Position numbers and translations under genes: made by a program. DNA of 64,000 nucleotides from Phoronis australis. Taxonomy: Eukaryota; Animalia; Phoronida. The first letter of the stretch is position 1. Each line of letters begins with the position of its first letter. The stretch spans positions 333,131 through 397,130 of the forward strand of contig NMRA01000345.1 in NCBI GenBank assembly GCA_002633005.1, given 5' to 3'. The notes below the pieces were generated by a model that searched no databases, had not been told where the DNA came from, and saw only the letters and a list, made by a program, of their open reading frames with translations. Below are positions 24,013 through 37,100 of the stretch, in pieces.

Positions 24013-24804
24013 TCCCTGGTAACATACATAAATGATGAGATTTTTATAAGCCTGTGTTTACTTATAAGTTCATTTAGTCCCATTTTGCTGGCTTTTACTC
24101 TCATAGAATCGGTCTCGTAATATTCCTTACCATCAAGAAATCAGTTTCTGTTACTAAAAGTGCAGTGGCTTTAGACTTAAGTGCAGTGCTGGTGTTCTTA
24201 TGTGCAGTGATGGGGTGAAATAAAATATTTATTTTCAAACAAGTCCCCATGTATTTTTTATGTAAAAGCAATAAATGAAGCGTTAAATGCAATCTATTTG
24301 TTGTTCCATTTATGTTGCCATTTTTGTGATGTCGAAACCACACGATACTAAATTCACGGTGGTCAAATAATACAAAGTAGTAAGACCAGTCAAGCCAAGC
24401 TGTTCAATCGTATTCAAGCTTGGCCAATATTATTCAAATTCTTTCTCTTCCTGTAACCAAGGTTCCACACTATGCTTTTGTAGCTAAGCAATCGAGGCAG
24501 ATGTCTTTATTTTAGGGTGCATGAGTACTGCGCGAGCTATGTTGTCATGGACAAACAGGCGTTTTGGATATGTTTATTTTGGCCACCATGCAGTCATTAA
24601 GAATACAAATTTTGCCTTGCTCCGCAGACGTGTTTACTAAGCAATGGTTGGAAAGGGAGCAAGGAAATTCAAGCTTGGTGAGAAAGCTTATAGTTAAATT
24701 TTGTTTCAAAACATCTCGTTTTGTTCAAATCTAGTGGTGAAGAGCAAGGTGGTACATTGATAAGAGATTATTGTATGTGAACTGTCGGTCGTTTTTTCTT
24801 GCAG

Positions 24805-24946
24805 TGATTAAGACGGGCACCAGTGGCTTGATAGCCTATCGGCTTCAGGCGAAGGACCTGAGTTGGATGTGGCTACAGACAAGCACTAAGATAGTTTACA
24901 AGAATAGCAAGCCAGACTTCGTCACCTGCACTCACAGACAACTGTC
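24805..24946 (+). CDS. AHR: AHR exon, PAS-B/PAC
   Basis: ttcttgcAG acceptor, TC|GTAAGC donor. LIKTGTSGLIAYRLQAKDLSWMWLQTSTKIVYKNSKPDFVTCTHRQL. Confidence 0.96.
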
Positions 24947-25558
24947 GTAAGCACTGAACACACCACATGCTGTTACTTCTACTAACAGATTTGCAGTTTT
25001 CAAAAACCGGTTGATGTAATCTCTTCTTTTGAAGATTCGACAAAGTTGATGCAGAGATGGGAGTCTTGTTTTAGAATGAATTTCAGTAAAAAGTATTGAA
25101 GTACACAATTTTGTTTACGGTTATGTAGAACCCTCCTGCTTATTTTGGCAAATAAATACCAAATTATAGGATTTTTAAATTCTTTTAAAGAATATATTTT
25201 CTGAGAGCAGAAACCCCATAAAATTTTGATTATCCATGAATTTAGTCAAGTGACCGTAATAAAATGAAACAAAAAAATGTATATTCTGTTCAAAACTATG
25301 TTAGCAACAACATGGCCAAATTCATCTGATATAAACGGTTCAAGATAAAATTGCCAAAATGCTGTTACAGTTTTCTGACCGATTTTGCTTTCGTTTTATA
25401 CAACTTTTATTTTTTTCTCAGAAAAGCCGTATTCTTTGGTAAAAGTCAGTGGAACATTTTAGAAAACAATTCCTACAACATCTTGGAGTTAACAGTGCGA
25501 ATTATTGGTTGAGACTGGATTGATAATCAGTTTATACACCGAATAATTGGTCTCTCAG

Positions 25559-25587
25559 CCCGGGGTGTCACTCATATTGACAAGTTG
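25559..25587 (+). repeat. Solo terminus of the CCCGGG-TIR element family seen at 49333-50643
   Basis: cccggggtgtcactcatattgacaagttg matches that element's TIR. Confidence 0.75.
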
Positions 25588-26386
25588 CCCAAAGTGTTCG
25601 AAATCCAAAGTTTTGAAGTTTTTCATTGGTAAAATTTCTAGTTTCACCTTTTGCACACATTTCTAGAGGAATTGGTGCATTTTAACCCCCCCTCCCAGAG
25701 ACCTAGAAAAGTGGAATGCTACAGCATCAAAAGCCAATATAATAATAAGCTCAAATCCCTCATGTGCTCATGGCTGACCTATTGAGGTGATGATGCTTGG
25801 TGCAGGTGTTCTCATCTAGTCATACACTGTGGTAAACAGCTCAGGCCTTTGCATTCACAAAAGCTGTGAGTCCAAAATTTTGAAATAATAATAATAACAA
25901 CCTCCATTATGTTTTTTGGCAAAAAATAACACGGTTGGGTCTTCTGAACTATTAACTGAACTGAATTACGAGAAGTTTTAATGGTATCCAAAAGACTTTA
26001 GATTGCTGACTGCATGCTGATTACGTTTCTACCTCTGCGTCATTAGTTTAGGGATCAGTACATACAAGAGATAGGTGCAATAACCAGTGCAAACGTGTCT
26101 AGATTTCAGAAGACTTTGGGACAATGGGGTGCAACTCTAGGAAATTTCGGCATGGGTTGTTGCACAGGGTTTTAGTTAAAAATACAAGGTACCTGCAGCA
26201 AAAAATATGCAAACATGATTTTCTGTGCCATTGCATTCGTTGTGCCTTGCATGAAAATCTATCTACAAACTGAGCACGAACGCTGTGTGTAGAAAAAACA
26301 CGTGCTGCTCACTTAAATATTTGACAAAAGGCATGGCCTGAGTCCAGCTTGTTTCTCACTTGATGAAACTTTCACATTTATTGCAG

Positions 26387-27427
26387 TGAAGACGAAGGCA
26401 AAGAATTGCTTGGAAAACGGGGATCAGAATTCAAGTTACCATACCCACTCCAGGATCCTGAACAGACAGTCGAAGATTGCACAACAAAATCTCAGAAAGC
26501 CAAAAAATCAAAAAGCCAACTACGAGAATACCTTCATGCTGGGCGTAAGCGCCGCACCCCGTATCGCGATCCCTTGAGTGGTTTCAGTGTGTTGACGAAT
26601 GGCTGTGATCCTAAAGCAGATTTGTTGTACCCGTTAAACGGAGGTGTTTACTTTGACAATGACGACTACAGGAGCTCGATGTACAATGGTTGTTCAGTGG
26701 ACAGTTACGTGCCATACAGATATGATTTTGACAGATCGCTTTATAACGGTGTGTACATTGACCCTTCTCAGTATCAACGGGCGAATGGGGCAGCATATCC
26801 AGATCTTGTGGCTAAGTATAGTTGTGGAAAGTATGGTGTTGAGCAGGTGTCCCCTTATGGCTTGAACCCACGAAGGGACAGCAATGAGAGTGACGTATTA
26901 AAATACGGCACTTCCGTACGATACGACTGTTACACAGCCAATAAACTGTCAGATGGTTACAGTGGTTCAGACAACAAAACTCCATTTTACAACAGTGCTT
27001 ATGGTGCGGACATGTACATGCCTGCACTGCCGTTCCACGTCAGCAGTTTTCAGGAGCAAGGCTCTGCTGACAATGGTGACCTTGTGCCACACCACAGTCT
27101 ATCATCGAGTATGTGTGAACTAGCCAAAGTGTGCCAACCAAAGGCAGTGCACACATCCGTCATTCGCAGCACCGATAGCAGACTGCACGGGACTTTGTAC
27201 GAAGGAACAACCGTCCAGGACATGGGGGCGTGGCCAACGTGTAGCTCTGCCTACCCGCCGTCACCCTCCAGTCAGGCCCAGTCTCAGGTGATGGGCTCGT
27301 CATGTCAGTACCAAGGTGTACAGAACAGTTACTTATCAAGGAGTCCTCTCAACTCAAGTGGACACAGTTCAGCTAGTTCTAGCCCAGGCTCTGTGTACAA
27401 TGACGAGTTTCGGTTGAGTGAAGACAG
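26387..27427 (+). CDS. AHR: AHR large exon, C-terminal transactivation-like region
   Basis: ttgcAG acceptor in the correct phase (SEDEGKELLGKRG) and a 1-kb open frame. AG|GTTAGT donor at 27428; without splicing the frame stops at 27437. Confidence 0.92.
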
Positions 27428-27733
27428 GTTAGTGTGAGACTGATCTTCCTGAGTGCAGATCTTCCGCCTTTCTTGTTCATCCCAAATATACCCCCATAAG
27501 AGAAATGTGCTAGAAATAGCTTGCCCAACAAGTTTGGTGTAATTACTTTGGGTGGCAATACAAAAATGTCCACCTGCCTACACTGCCAGTTATCAGAGAA
27601 GTTGACCTCCACTGAGCACTGTTCGTCTCATCAGCTATGTAATTTGAACATTATGTGGTTTTGCTGCATGTGTGCTCAGAGTCCCCCGCCCCCAGAAAAA
27701 AGTAGAGAAGAAGACAAAAGTCCACTAAAAAGG

Positions 27734-27835
27734 CAGGAACTACCAAAATTCGGCGAATGTAAAATTCATAGCTCCGAACATACCCCGTGAATCCTAGTAA
27801 AAAGTCGATATTCTCAAAAATTCAAGCCCACCATT
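27734..27835 (+). repeat. Interspersed repeat fragment, copy 1 (copy 2 at about 48415-48513)
   Basis: caggaact(a/g)ccaaaattcggcgaatg..aattcatagctc...aaaaattc(a/g)agccc is shared by both copies. Confidence 0.85.
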
Positions 27836-28192
27836 TTTTTTTAGGTTGGGTGCGCGCATGGTTGGACTGTCTCCATTGAACTATGTATATTAAATGCTGA
27901 TTGCATATTGTTCTTCATTTGGTAGTAAAAACTGCTTTTTTGAACCATCAAAAATAGTTTATTATGTTTACTGACATTTGTAGGTAGTCCCTGCTAATCC
28001 GTTTTTATTGTTGAGATAACAATGTCAAAATAACTACAGAAAATGTGATAGCTGACTACATTGTATTTGTAAAATAATGAAAAAATACAAAAAATGTAAT
28101 TTGTGCCTTGAAATTATTTTGTGATTGTCTTTTTTGAGGTAGATTTATAATTCTGTTGACATTATCATCATTGTTGCTTTTGTCTGGTCCAG

Positions 28193-28340
28193 GTCCCACC
28201 TCTCAAGAGGTGGCAGCAGTATTGCCGTACCCGTGGTCAGATCGACGCAGTGGGTCAACACTGCGTGGAACGATTACAGCTCGTGTCGACAAAGCATCCT
28301 TAAAGGCATGGATTCGGCGGCGGAATTGAAAGTAACATAA
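28193..28340 (+). CDS. AHR: Probable last AHR coding exon
   Basis: Pyrimidine tract plus ccAG, phase 2 matches the 27427 donor. Open frame RSHLSRGGSSIAVPVVRSTQWVNTAWNDYSSCRQSILKGMDSAAELKVT ending in TAA. Confidence 0.72.
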
Positions 28341-29408
28341 AGTAGGATGTTTCAGAGTATTAATCCTCTTAAGTTGCGGTGAAGAGATATAGACATTCAC
28401 TTGTCATAGCTCGCTGATTGTGAAGCCCATGTGCCTTTATTCCATGTGTTTTTTCAACAAATATTCTGCTCAGTAAAGTTTTGCATAAATAGATGCGTGT
28501 GCCTTAACTCCAATTATATCATAAAAAGTCCCCTGTTTAGGATAGGGAAAATGATTTATTTTCCTGAAGCTCATAAAAAATTTTATCAATAGGCAATAGC
28601 CGTTCCAAATTCAAGAATCACAAGGAAGACGAATTTTGCATTGGAAGCTGTTTTCAACGAGTTATCTTAGACATGTTGATGCAGCAGTTCCGATATTTGA
28701 GAAATTTGTGCGACAGAATCTCATATAATAGTGCCGCTGGTACCACGATGTGAATGTCAGTGAGGACTGTTTGAGTCAATTTCAAGACATTCGGGTATTT
28801 CAGTGTGAACATGTGCAAATCATACGCGTTCCGTAAAAATCTGCGCGTGCACAGTACAGTATTTCTTGCTGTTATTGCTAGCTTTGAGATTTCACTTTTG
28901 AACAAAATTTCAGCTACCTGTAGTCACTTACATTTTTATTCTTCATGTTTTCAGTGAAAAGGCGCGAGTTAGGACAGCCATTTTGGACACTGGGACCAGC
29001 GGCTCATTACAGCCTTGAGTTTACGTAACCAAACAACATACATTTTTCCATTGGACCATGTCAAACCAAAGTACTTCACAGAAGCGGGCGATGTTGAGAA
29101 TGAGTGCAACTGAGCCTTTACATTCTGTGCTGTGAAGATTTTTTTGTAACTTGAATGCTAGCATTCCACACCATCAGAATTGAGGGGCGCACTTAATAAT
29201 TCTCCAGCTGGTATATATTAGAGGTCTTGGTTGAGACATCCAGGAAGTTTGTGAGCATTGTGGGTATTTACATATGGTGTACCAACTTAATGCAGCTTCT
29301 TAGTGTAAGAAGCTGCTCAGCCGTGGTGAGTTTGCTGCTATTTAGCTTGTGCAACCGAACACGGTCCCGTATTGTTCGCAAAGAACCGTAAGTCGTGCAA
29401 AAGCATCC

Positions 29409-29677
29409 CTATGGTTCGTTTTATGAATAATGACTTATGACTTAAGTCAGAAATTTTGACTTAGGCTTGCATTTTTCAGATTTTGCCCTGTAAATGTTAG
29501 CATACCACAGCACCGTTCAGAAATAATTGACGTGAACTACCTGAGCAATTACCAATTAAAGGTATATTTTCAGAAACCCTGCCAAGGCAAGATAAAATTG
29601 TTAGGAATAGTCGTGAGGAGCCTAGGACAAGATTTCTGATTTATGTTTTAAGTCACTTTTTCTAAAACGGACCCCTG
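29409..29677. mobile_element. PIF/Harbinger-like MITE
   Basis: Imperfect TIRs of about 60 bp (gttcgttttatgaataatgactta..cagaaattttgacttaggct versus agcctaggacaagatttctga..taagtcactttttctaaaacggacccctg). Related to 59507-59784. Confidence 0.65.
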
Positions 29678-29769
29678 ATCACATTAGGTATGAATCTCTT
29701 TAGTTGAGTTTGTGTAGGGCCCTAGAAAAGTGTCCAAAGAGGCTAATTTTGGAACATCTTACCTCAGGA

Positions 29770-30207
29770 ATGGTTGATGTGATCCAAGTTCAACTTTTAC
29801 ATACTATGCTGTGTGCACAGTGTTCTCTAACGTGTTGTAAAGAAGTTTTCAAAATGGCTCACCTTGCATGAGAAGCTTCAAAAACTGAGATTTTTTGCAA
29901 CTTTCATGAAAAAATTTTAAACTTGTAGAGAGCAAAACGAAATGAAATTTTAGAAAACTGTTCAGCGTTTCTCAGTCAGATCTCATCTAGCACATTTGAT
30001 AGGAAATAAAATTTAACCATGTTGTTGATACTGTTGTTTTGCTCTCTATGTAGCTTTCTTTTTGTTAAATTTTACTAAAAATACATGGTTATGTGACCTA
30101 ATTAATGACACATTGGTTAAGTCATGAAATTTTACACGCTTTCCACATTTTAGAAAATGCATATGTCTACCAGTTGTTATCTACAGCTTTGTAGGTATTT
30201 GGCTAAA
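29770..30207 (+). repeat. Old interspersed repeat, related to about 60540-61008
   Basis: Blocks ttg(t/c)taaattttactaaaa..acatggt(t/c)atg, ttttagaaaat(g/a)cat and tatttggctaa are shared. Confidence 0.65.
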
Positions 30208-33200
30208 TACATAAGACTACTCAAGAAAGTCTTGCATAAGGTTAAGATGGGATTTGCTCTTGAGAGGCCCGTTTTGTCCAATAAAAGGATTTGCCTATTT
30301 AATTTGCCTTGTTCTGTTCGTGAAAATGAACTGATTTGATGATTGTTGTCAATGTATTATCATTATTTATTCTGTCTGCACTACACAATCACACCATTGT
30401 AAAGTTGAGTATTGATTGAAGTTCTCATTGTATTGAATTTTATTGTAATTTATTCCATAAGATCAGGGTGTCTTTGAAATATTTTTGCTTCCCTTAGCTC
30501 ACTCTACCCTCACTCCTCTGAGATGGGTTGAGGTAAAAAATTATTCCAGTTTTGGTATGAAACTTTAGGTAATTACCCTGAAATCAATTTAAACGCATTT
30601 AATAATAATTTGGCTGCCGGTAAAAGTGATTTCATTGAAGCTGGTGTTCTGTGGAAACGTTCAGGTGTCTGATCCACCCTGCTGCACAGGGATAACAAGT
30701 ATTCTAGTTTTGTATTTTCTTTTTAATATTTGGGATAAATAGATAATTTCATGTTCTCACCCGTGATTTCCCTTATTGACACACCTCGTGAAATTTGGAG
30801 ATGTCCTTGGGTCATAAGTCCTCCAATCTCTCTGGACATTTGGCAAGTGGTACCCTAAGGCTGTTTGCATGCAGCTGGATGAGAATGCTTGCACTGTTCA
30901 CTCCAGAGTATCCATTGAATTCCTCCACACATCCGTGGCTTGATGGCGATGGAGCTAGCCTCTATTCACGGGCTTGGCCCAGTGTGCATTGGATGAGTTA
31001 ATTGCGGTTGTAAACCAACCCACCTGTTAAACCTACTTGTCAAAAATGAATAAGTAAAGCAAACGACCAACGTGACTGTTCTTAAAATTGAAAAGTAAAC
31101 ATTATTCGTTTCCGAATTTTTAGTTATAAGAAAAATTAGCAATTAGGTTTTCTTCTGAAGTGGGGCTGAGCCACAGGCATTAATTAACTTTTATAAAAGT
31201 ACAGGTTAGTCACAGTTGGGCTTATGGCGTTGGGGTAACAAAAGACCAGAGCGTAGGAGTAATGCCTCATGGGAATCTAGTAATGGGTAAAAACAGTCTC
31301 TCCAATTTTTCTAAGATTAAGAGAATGAGAAAGATGTCCTGAACTGCACTCAAATCTCCGGGTTGGTTGCTTCACAGGAAATAAACCTCATTTAAATGTA
31401 ATTAATGCCTTACATATATTGTATAAAGTTAGAATTCCGTGTTGATCTCGTGTGATATAATCGTGGCCATTTTCACTGTACTTTCCTGAGGCTGTTGTTG
31501 AGAATTATTATTTTTCTATACTCCATACCGCCTGTGGTCTTAGTCGCTGTTGTGACCGTAGACATCTATGGTTGTGACACTGGCGAATCTCAAGATGTCG
31601 TAAGTCAGGGCCTTGCCACAATTTTCGAAGTGGTTTCCCGTTTCCTTATGTTTCTTTTCGTTGCTATATTGCTAGGGCAATTTAGTGCTCCACTTTCAAA
31701 ACTGACTGAATTCTTTGGAATGGTGGGGTTTAAGGTAACTTTTTTAATCCTGGGCACCTGAATTGCAACGTTGAGAGGTTTTGGTCACGTTTTTTCTTTC
31801 AAGTTTTTAAAGAGACCTGTAAGTCCTCTTGCTGTATTAACATGGTATGTTAGGATTTGATGATTTGTCTGACTGGTAGACTGTGGCATATTTCAGTGTA
31901 TGTTGAATTGTTATCTATTTTCATAAAAATGTTGTTTTGTGCAAATACAGTTATTGTGAACATTCCACTTGGTAGTTTCTAGTTATTCCACTAAGCACTC
32001 CATGAAAACAATGTGTAATTGCAAATTGATAATCAAATGATTTCGCAGCGCTTCAGGTACTAATTTTTTTAATCATAACTATAACTGTTACTTGTAATGT
32101 ACACCGTTGAATTTCTGAATCAGGTGTACATCCTGAAATCATGGCAATAAACTGATAGAAAGTCACCTCTGAAGAACATTGAAATTTTTGTTCTATTGAG
32201 GTTGTTTCATATGTTCTTGATTGAAAAGCTTTTAATGAGCAACTTTCCGAGTGTGAAGCCTGGGATGCAGGAAATTCAGCGTGCTGCGCTAGTCATGCAC
32301 CGAAAGACAAGAAAAAAGGAAGATACGTCCATAATTATTGCAATTATGAGCAGTTGGAAGAGGTCTATTTGTTGTTTCGAATTTCCAAAATGAAACCCTT
32401 TGTAAGGAATTTTGTTGGGAAACGCAACCTCAGCTTTTCTGATAGGAATTTTGTGGGAAGAGTGATATATGGGCAAGTAGGAAAAGTCGGCTTTCTCAGC
32501 GGTCGTGTTAAATGTACAGCTTCTATGGGGGTACCCACCCCCGACAAAACTCATCAATTCCAACGTTAATCCTTAAATGCTTTGTTAATATCTTGTTGAA
32601 AAATTCTCATGTCAGGTTCAATTAACATTGGCTTTGGAACGAGTTTTGACCGAATTCGTCTGCGTTCAAATTTGTTTTATGGAAATGGAAAGAGTATGTT
32701 TGAAGTCACAAAATTCCAAACATCTGAAATTAAAAAGTGATACCATTTCTTTCTTTTGTTGCAAACCGTTGGTTCACGACAGTCGCACAAGCCCACCCCG
32801 CATGCCCTCAAAATATTTACAACACAAAACTCAGAAATTCAGGTATTAAAAAGACATGGAGCGCGGCGCGAAAAATCGTCAAGCAAATCCTGACGAAAGA
32901 ACCATCTCGCAACAGCAATTCACTGTCCCTGTGAGTAAATTTTCAGAAAAGGCACGAAATTCAGAGTTTTTTAAATACGCGCCAAGGAAAAAATCCTGTG
33001 GTTACAGATTCTAATCTTCCTCCCACTTACCATAAATGTGCGCATGCACTCACAGTCAGTTGTTAAAGTCACTCGAGATTAAAGGCGACAGATACCATAT
33101 AAGGATACGTGCTTTGCCTTGGAGAAAAATCGACGAAGTGGCGAGCAGTGGACAGTTTTTTTTGAAATTTGAAACTAAAAGAAAATGCTTTGGTATCTAC

Positions 33201-34762
33201 AGAAAATCAAAAAAAATTTAAAGTTCGAAATGCCGCAATAGACGATGCTTATGTTAGATGTCATTTCGAAAAAACACAATTTATGATTAAGCTTTAATTG
33301 TATTGAAATTCATTTTTGTAGTTGCTCAAAATAAATCGGAATTTCACCCCTTTCCAGTTCACTAACAGGTTGTTTTACCTCAAGCTGGTATCATCTACAG
33401 TAATACCCGGTAATGCGTAGTTGGCGGAGTGAAATTAGTAAAAGTGCATAGTTTCTTACAACCTTTAGTTAGTCGCAAGGCAACATGCCGCCCAACATGC
33501 CCTGATTGGCTGGTTAAAAAGGGAAATTCAAATTAGGCCATTAACTCTTATGAAAACGGTCTCGTGTAATATCCCTTTCTGTGACAGGATTCTCGGTATT
33601 TCGGATATCAACTCAAGTTACAAGCAATGCGCATGCGCCATTTTCAAATTTGCAAATGTAGGGTTGTCCAACCCCAATAAACGTTTACTTTAGTCGCTGA
33701 TGGTTTCGATGTTCTTGTTGGCAATAACGGAAATAGAGTCATGTGACAACAAGAAACAATTTTGAGAATAAAATGTCGCTTTTCGTTTTCAGCCAACATA
33801 TGAGAACGAAATGCACCTATTAACTAAACTGAACTGTTATTCTTGCCCAACACGGAAAAGTATTTTTGCCAGAATCGTTGCATTTGTCAAACCGCGATAT
33901 TCTGTATACCGAAGCTATTTGAAAGATAACATGTTATTTGGTCGTTTCAGTCACTTGAATTTGAACGGTCACATTTCATAGATTTGCCTATATTTTATTA
34001 AATTAATGAACCTGTTTCTTATTAGACGCCTGTGGTATATATATTTTGTACTCACTAAATCTTCTTTAGTACTTCAGCACTACCACTGCTACCTTTCATA
34101 CTCTGCCATATTATCTCAGTTGGTTTGATGCAAAAAATGATAGTTTCGTACCAATAAACTAGCCCTATGTTTCTACTTGGCAAATCCGTTCACAATGCAT
34201 TTCAATTGCGTACACCTACCTACGTAAAGTAGTGACGCTCGTTTTGAAGCAGTTGAACAGCGAGCCCACAAACGGCACATGAGCAATGTCATAATCTAAT
34301 ATGATCTCGGAACTTTATACAGAAACTGTACTGAAGGAGCTTCATGAAATTACGGAATAGACTGTGAGCATTTTTACGTGTATGCTAGGGTGTCAAAAGT
34401 TTTTTAGGCTCCATCTTTGAAAGTTAATGACGATTACTTGTTATGGTATGGTTGGCACGACCGGTAGCCAATGTCACTGTCTGAACGACCATTAAGTTTA
34501 TGTAAGGCGCTAAAATATTCAAATTCGGCTTATTTCGGAACATCATATCTCAGAAAAAACTGATCCGATTCTCATGAAATTTTCTGATGTTAAGAATCGT
34601 TTTAAGACGCTCCAGTTTTGCTCGAGGGGCTATCAAAATGTGACTTTCATAATTTGTCGAACAAACTTCAAAGTTGTATAAAACGAAAACGAATCGACAA
34701 ATTGGAAACCTGAAACAATATTTTTGAGATATTGTATTTCCATTAACATCAAATGAATTCTG

Positions 34763-35163
34763 GGCCCGGTGTCCAATCTTTTTACTCGAAATGGAACTCG
34801 AAATTAGATTTGGCATTTTCTATTCAACTTTTGGGCGAACTCAAGATAAGTGTCTATTATTCTATGCTCGAGTACACAATAACTTACGTAGATAATTTAT
34901 TGCCCTTAGTTCACAGTTTGTAAACCCAATATTAAAGCAATAAGTTCGAGTTTGAACTCGAAATTTCGAGTTTTTACTCGAGTTTGTAGCACTAATATAA
35001 GGGTCTTTAAGGGCAAACTTGAACTAGAAACTCCTATGCGTAAACTATAATGTTTTCGAGCACAGTCTGATAACCAATTATCTTGAGTTCACACAAAAGG
35101 AGCAGAGAAATTGCCAAAAATAGTTTCGAGTTCGTTTCGAGTACAAAGATTAGAGACCGGGCC
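34763..35163. mobile_element. PIF/Harbinger MITE with CTG TSD
   Basis: CTG|GGCCCGGT...ACCGGGCC|CTG, with imperfect TIRs of about 90 bp rich in actcga/tcgagt. Confidence 0.88.
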
Positions 35164-35336
35164 CTGGTCGTGTTTGGCCGGGAAGGTATCTTTGTTGGTG
35201 AATCATACTCAAAAAAGACGTGATCACGTGACCTAAGCGGTCACTTTTACCCGGCAGTACTCCTCATAGACTCACAAGAGAACAATATTGGATAGATAAG
35301 CTTAACACACTTAAACCCAATGGATTAAACATAAAG

Positions 35337-35527
35337 ACTTCTTAAATTATATCCTTTACTTTTTTCCGCAACAATCTATCATGTTCATTACGCCAAATAT
35401 CAGATGTCATTTGTCATGTCATGTTTGATTTTACATTATTTCTGTCTCTGTTGACGAAGGATGTGATTATATCTGAAAATTTCAGTTGATCCATAATTGT
35501 TGTTTTATTTACCTAGTATATTCTACA
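35337..35527 (+). repeat. Loop plus right arm of the 6362-6695 foldback family
   Basis: acttcttaaattatatc...ttttccgcaacaat...gaaaatttcagttgatc...gttttatttaccta, followed by tatattctaca. Confidence 0.85.
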
Positions 35528-36959
35528 ACAGATCAAGTTTGAGTCTAATACTGGAATAAAAACTTACAAAAATTAGCGGCGTTGCGTCCGCATCTCACGG
35601 ACTTCAGCTTGGCTTGTGACGTTATCGTTATTCTGGCCAATTGGTGGCGTTTTGGCCGAACGGCGAGGAATTGACAGCAGTACACCATCCCATATGTGTG
35701 ATAAATCGAATCTTAAACAGCCTCTTTTATTTAAAGACAGACTCTCAATAACTACGTGGACTGTACTATACGTCATCAAACATAGTACGTCACAAATAAG
35801 AAAGATCAAAGGTCAATTTCAAAAGAATTACCTCTGGGTCGTAAGTAAGTTTAGTTGAAAAAATCACTTTTGATTCATGCCACATAATCTTACAATTGTC
35901 TCAACTTATCGAGCACGGAGTATCAGTTTTTTATCAAGATCAAGTATCAATGATAATTATTACCTTGATTTTTTACAGATTATATCTTAGGTACAGTGAA
36001 GGCCAAACATGTGATTCATATCCTTATTTGTTTAGTAAATCGCCATATATAGAAAACTAGGGCAAATTCCAAACTTCTCTTCTTGTAATGGCTGAAAATG
36101 GCAATTTTTCATGTCGTAACATAGAAGAGGTAATTTACAAAATAACATTTTAGATGGGTCTCTGTAGAATGACTTTTTGTCTTACAATCTAATAATTACA
36201 CGTGTGACTATAGCGTGAATGGAGTGTGTATGTTCTGTAAGTTATGGTTGTGAATACAATAAACTTATTAAACAATAGACCGAAAATCAATTCTAATCGA
36301 AAAATGAACCAGCCGAGGCTTGTTTTACAACGGTAAGCAGGCAAAATCAAAGAGATGTTTTTGGGTGCAAACGTGGGTTTTGTATCAACTGTTTAAGGAG
36401 GCAATTAACACGCGCGTTCAGTCAAAAACCAAATCTTATTTCTTTGACTCAAAATGATTTTTAGGTTTGAGTGCTCGGATGCACGAAACAGTCCTAAACA
36501 AGGACTAGACTAAGTTCCCTGAATCTACTGCGTATTCATGGGCTAGTGAAACCACTGATTGCACTGTTGTTTGAGTAACAATACTGAGCCAATTTTTGTC
36601 TTGGATACAAATCGATATTGAACTCAACGTTGAATTCGGACTTAAAGTCCCTGGTTACTTTGCTTGAATAAAGTGTTCAGTTTTTAGTTACATTATTAAA
36701 AAATGTTATTGATCAAAGAGAACCTAACAATAAAGACAATATTATAGAACAAATACGCAACCGATGTGGAGAACTTAGATAAGTCCCTATTTGGGACTGT
36801 TTCATGCAACTGGCCAGTGGAGAACACAAATCACCCTCGGCCTATTAACAGTAAGGCTGGTTGATTTTTTTCTGACAACGATGTATGTGCAGGTAGACGA
36901 GTTTAAATGCAAATCGAGTACTGATCCTATGCTTGAGTAAAATTGAAATTTAATCACAG

Positions 36960-37100
36960 TACCGTAAACGTTCGAGTTAACGCCCCTGCTCAGTTAACCG
37001 CCCACCCCCTACTTTAGGTGGATTTTCGATTTAACCGCCCATCTGCGATTTTTTAAGATTTCCAGTTAAGCGCCCACCTCTCGGTTAAGCGCCCATCCCC
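36960..37100 (+). mobile_element. Left end of a Tc1/mariner/pogo-type element
   Basis: TA-CCGTA terminus followed by five subterminal TTAA(C/G)CGCCC-type motifs. No matching right end was found. Confidence 0.6.

Noticed and set aside
32196-32569. Four overlapping ORFs and a duplicated aggaattttgt(t)gggaa motif
   Set aside because: No recognisable domain and no consistent splice sites, so it cannot be supported as a gene.
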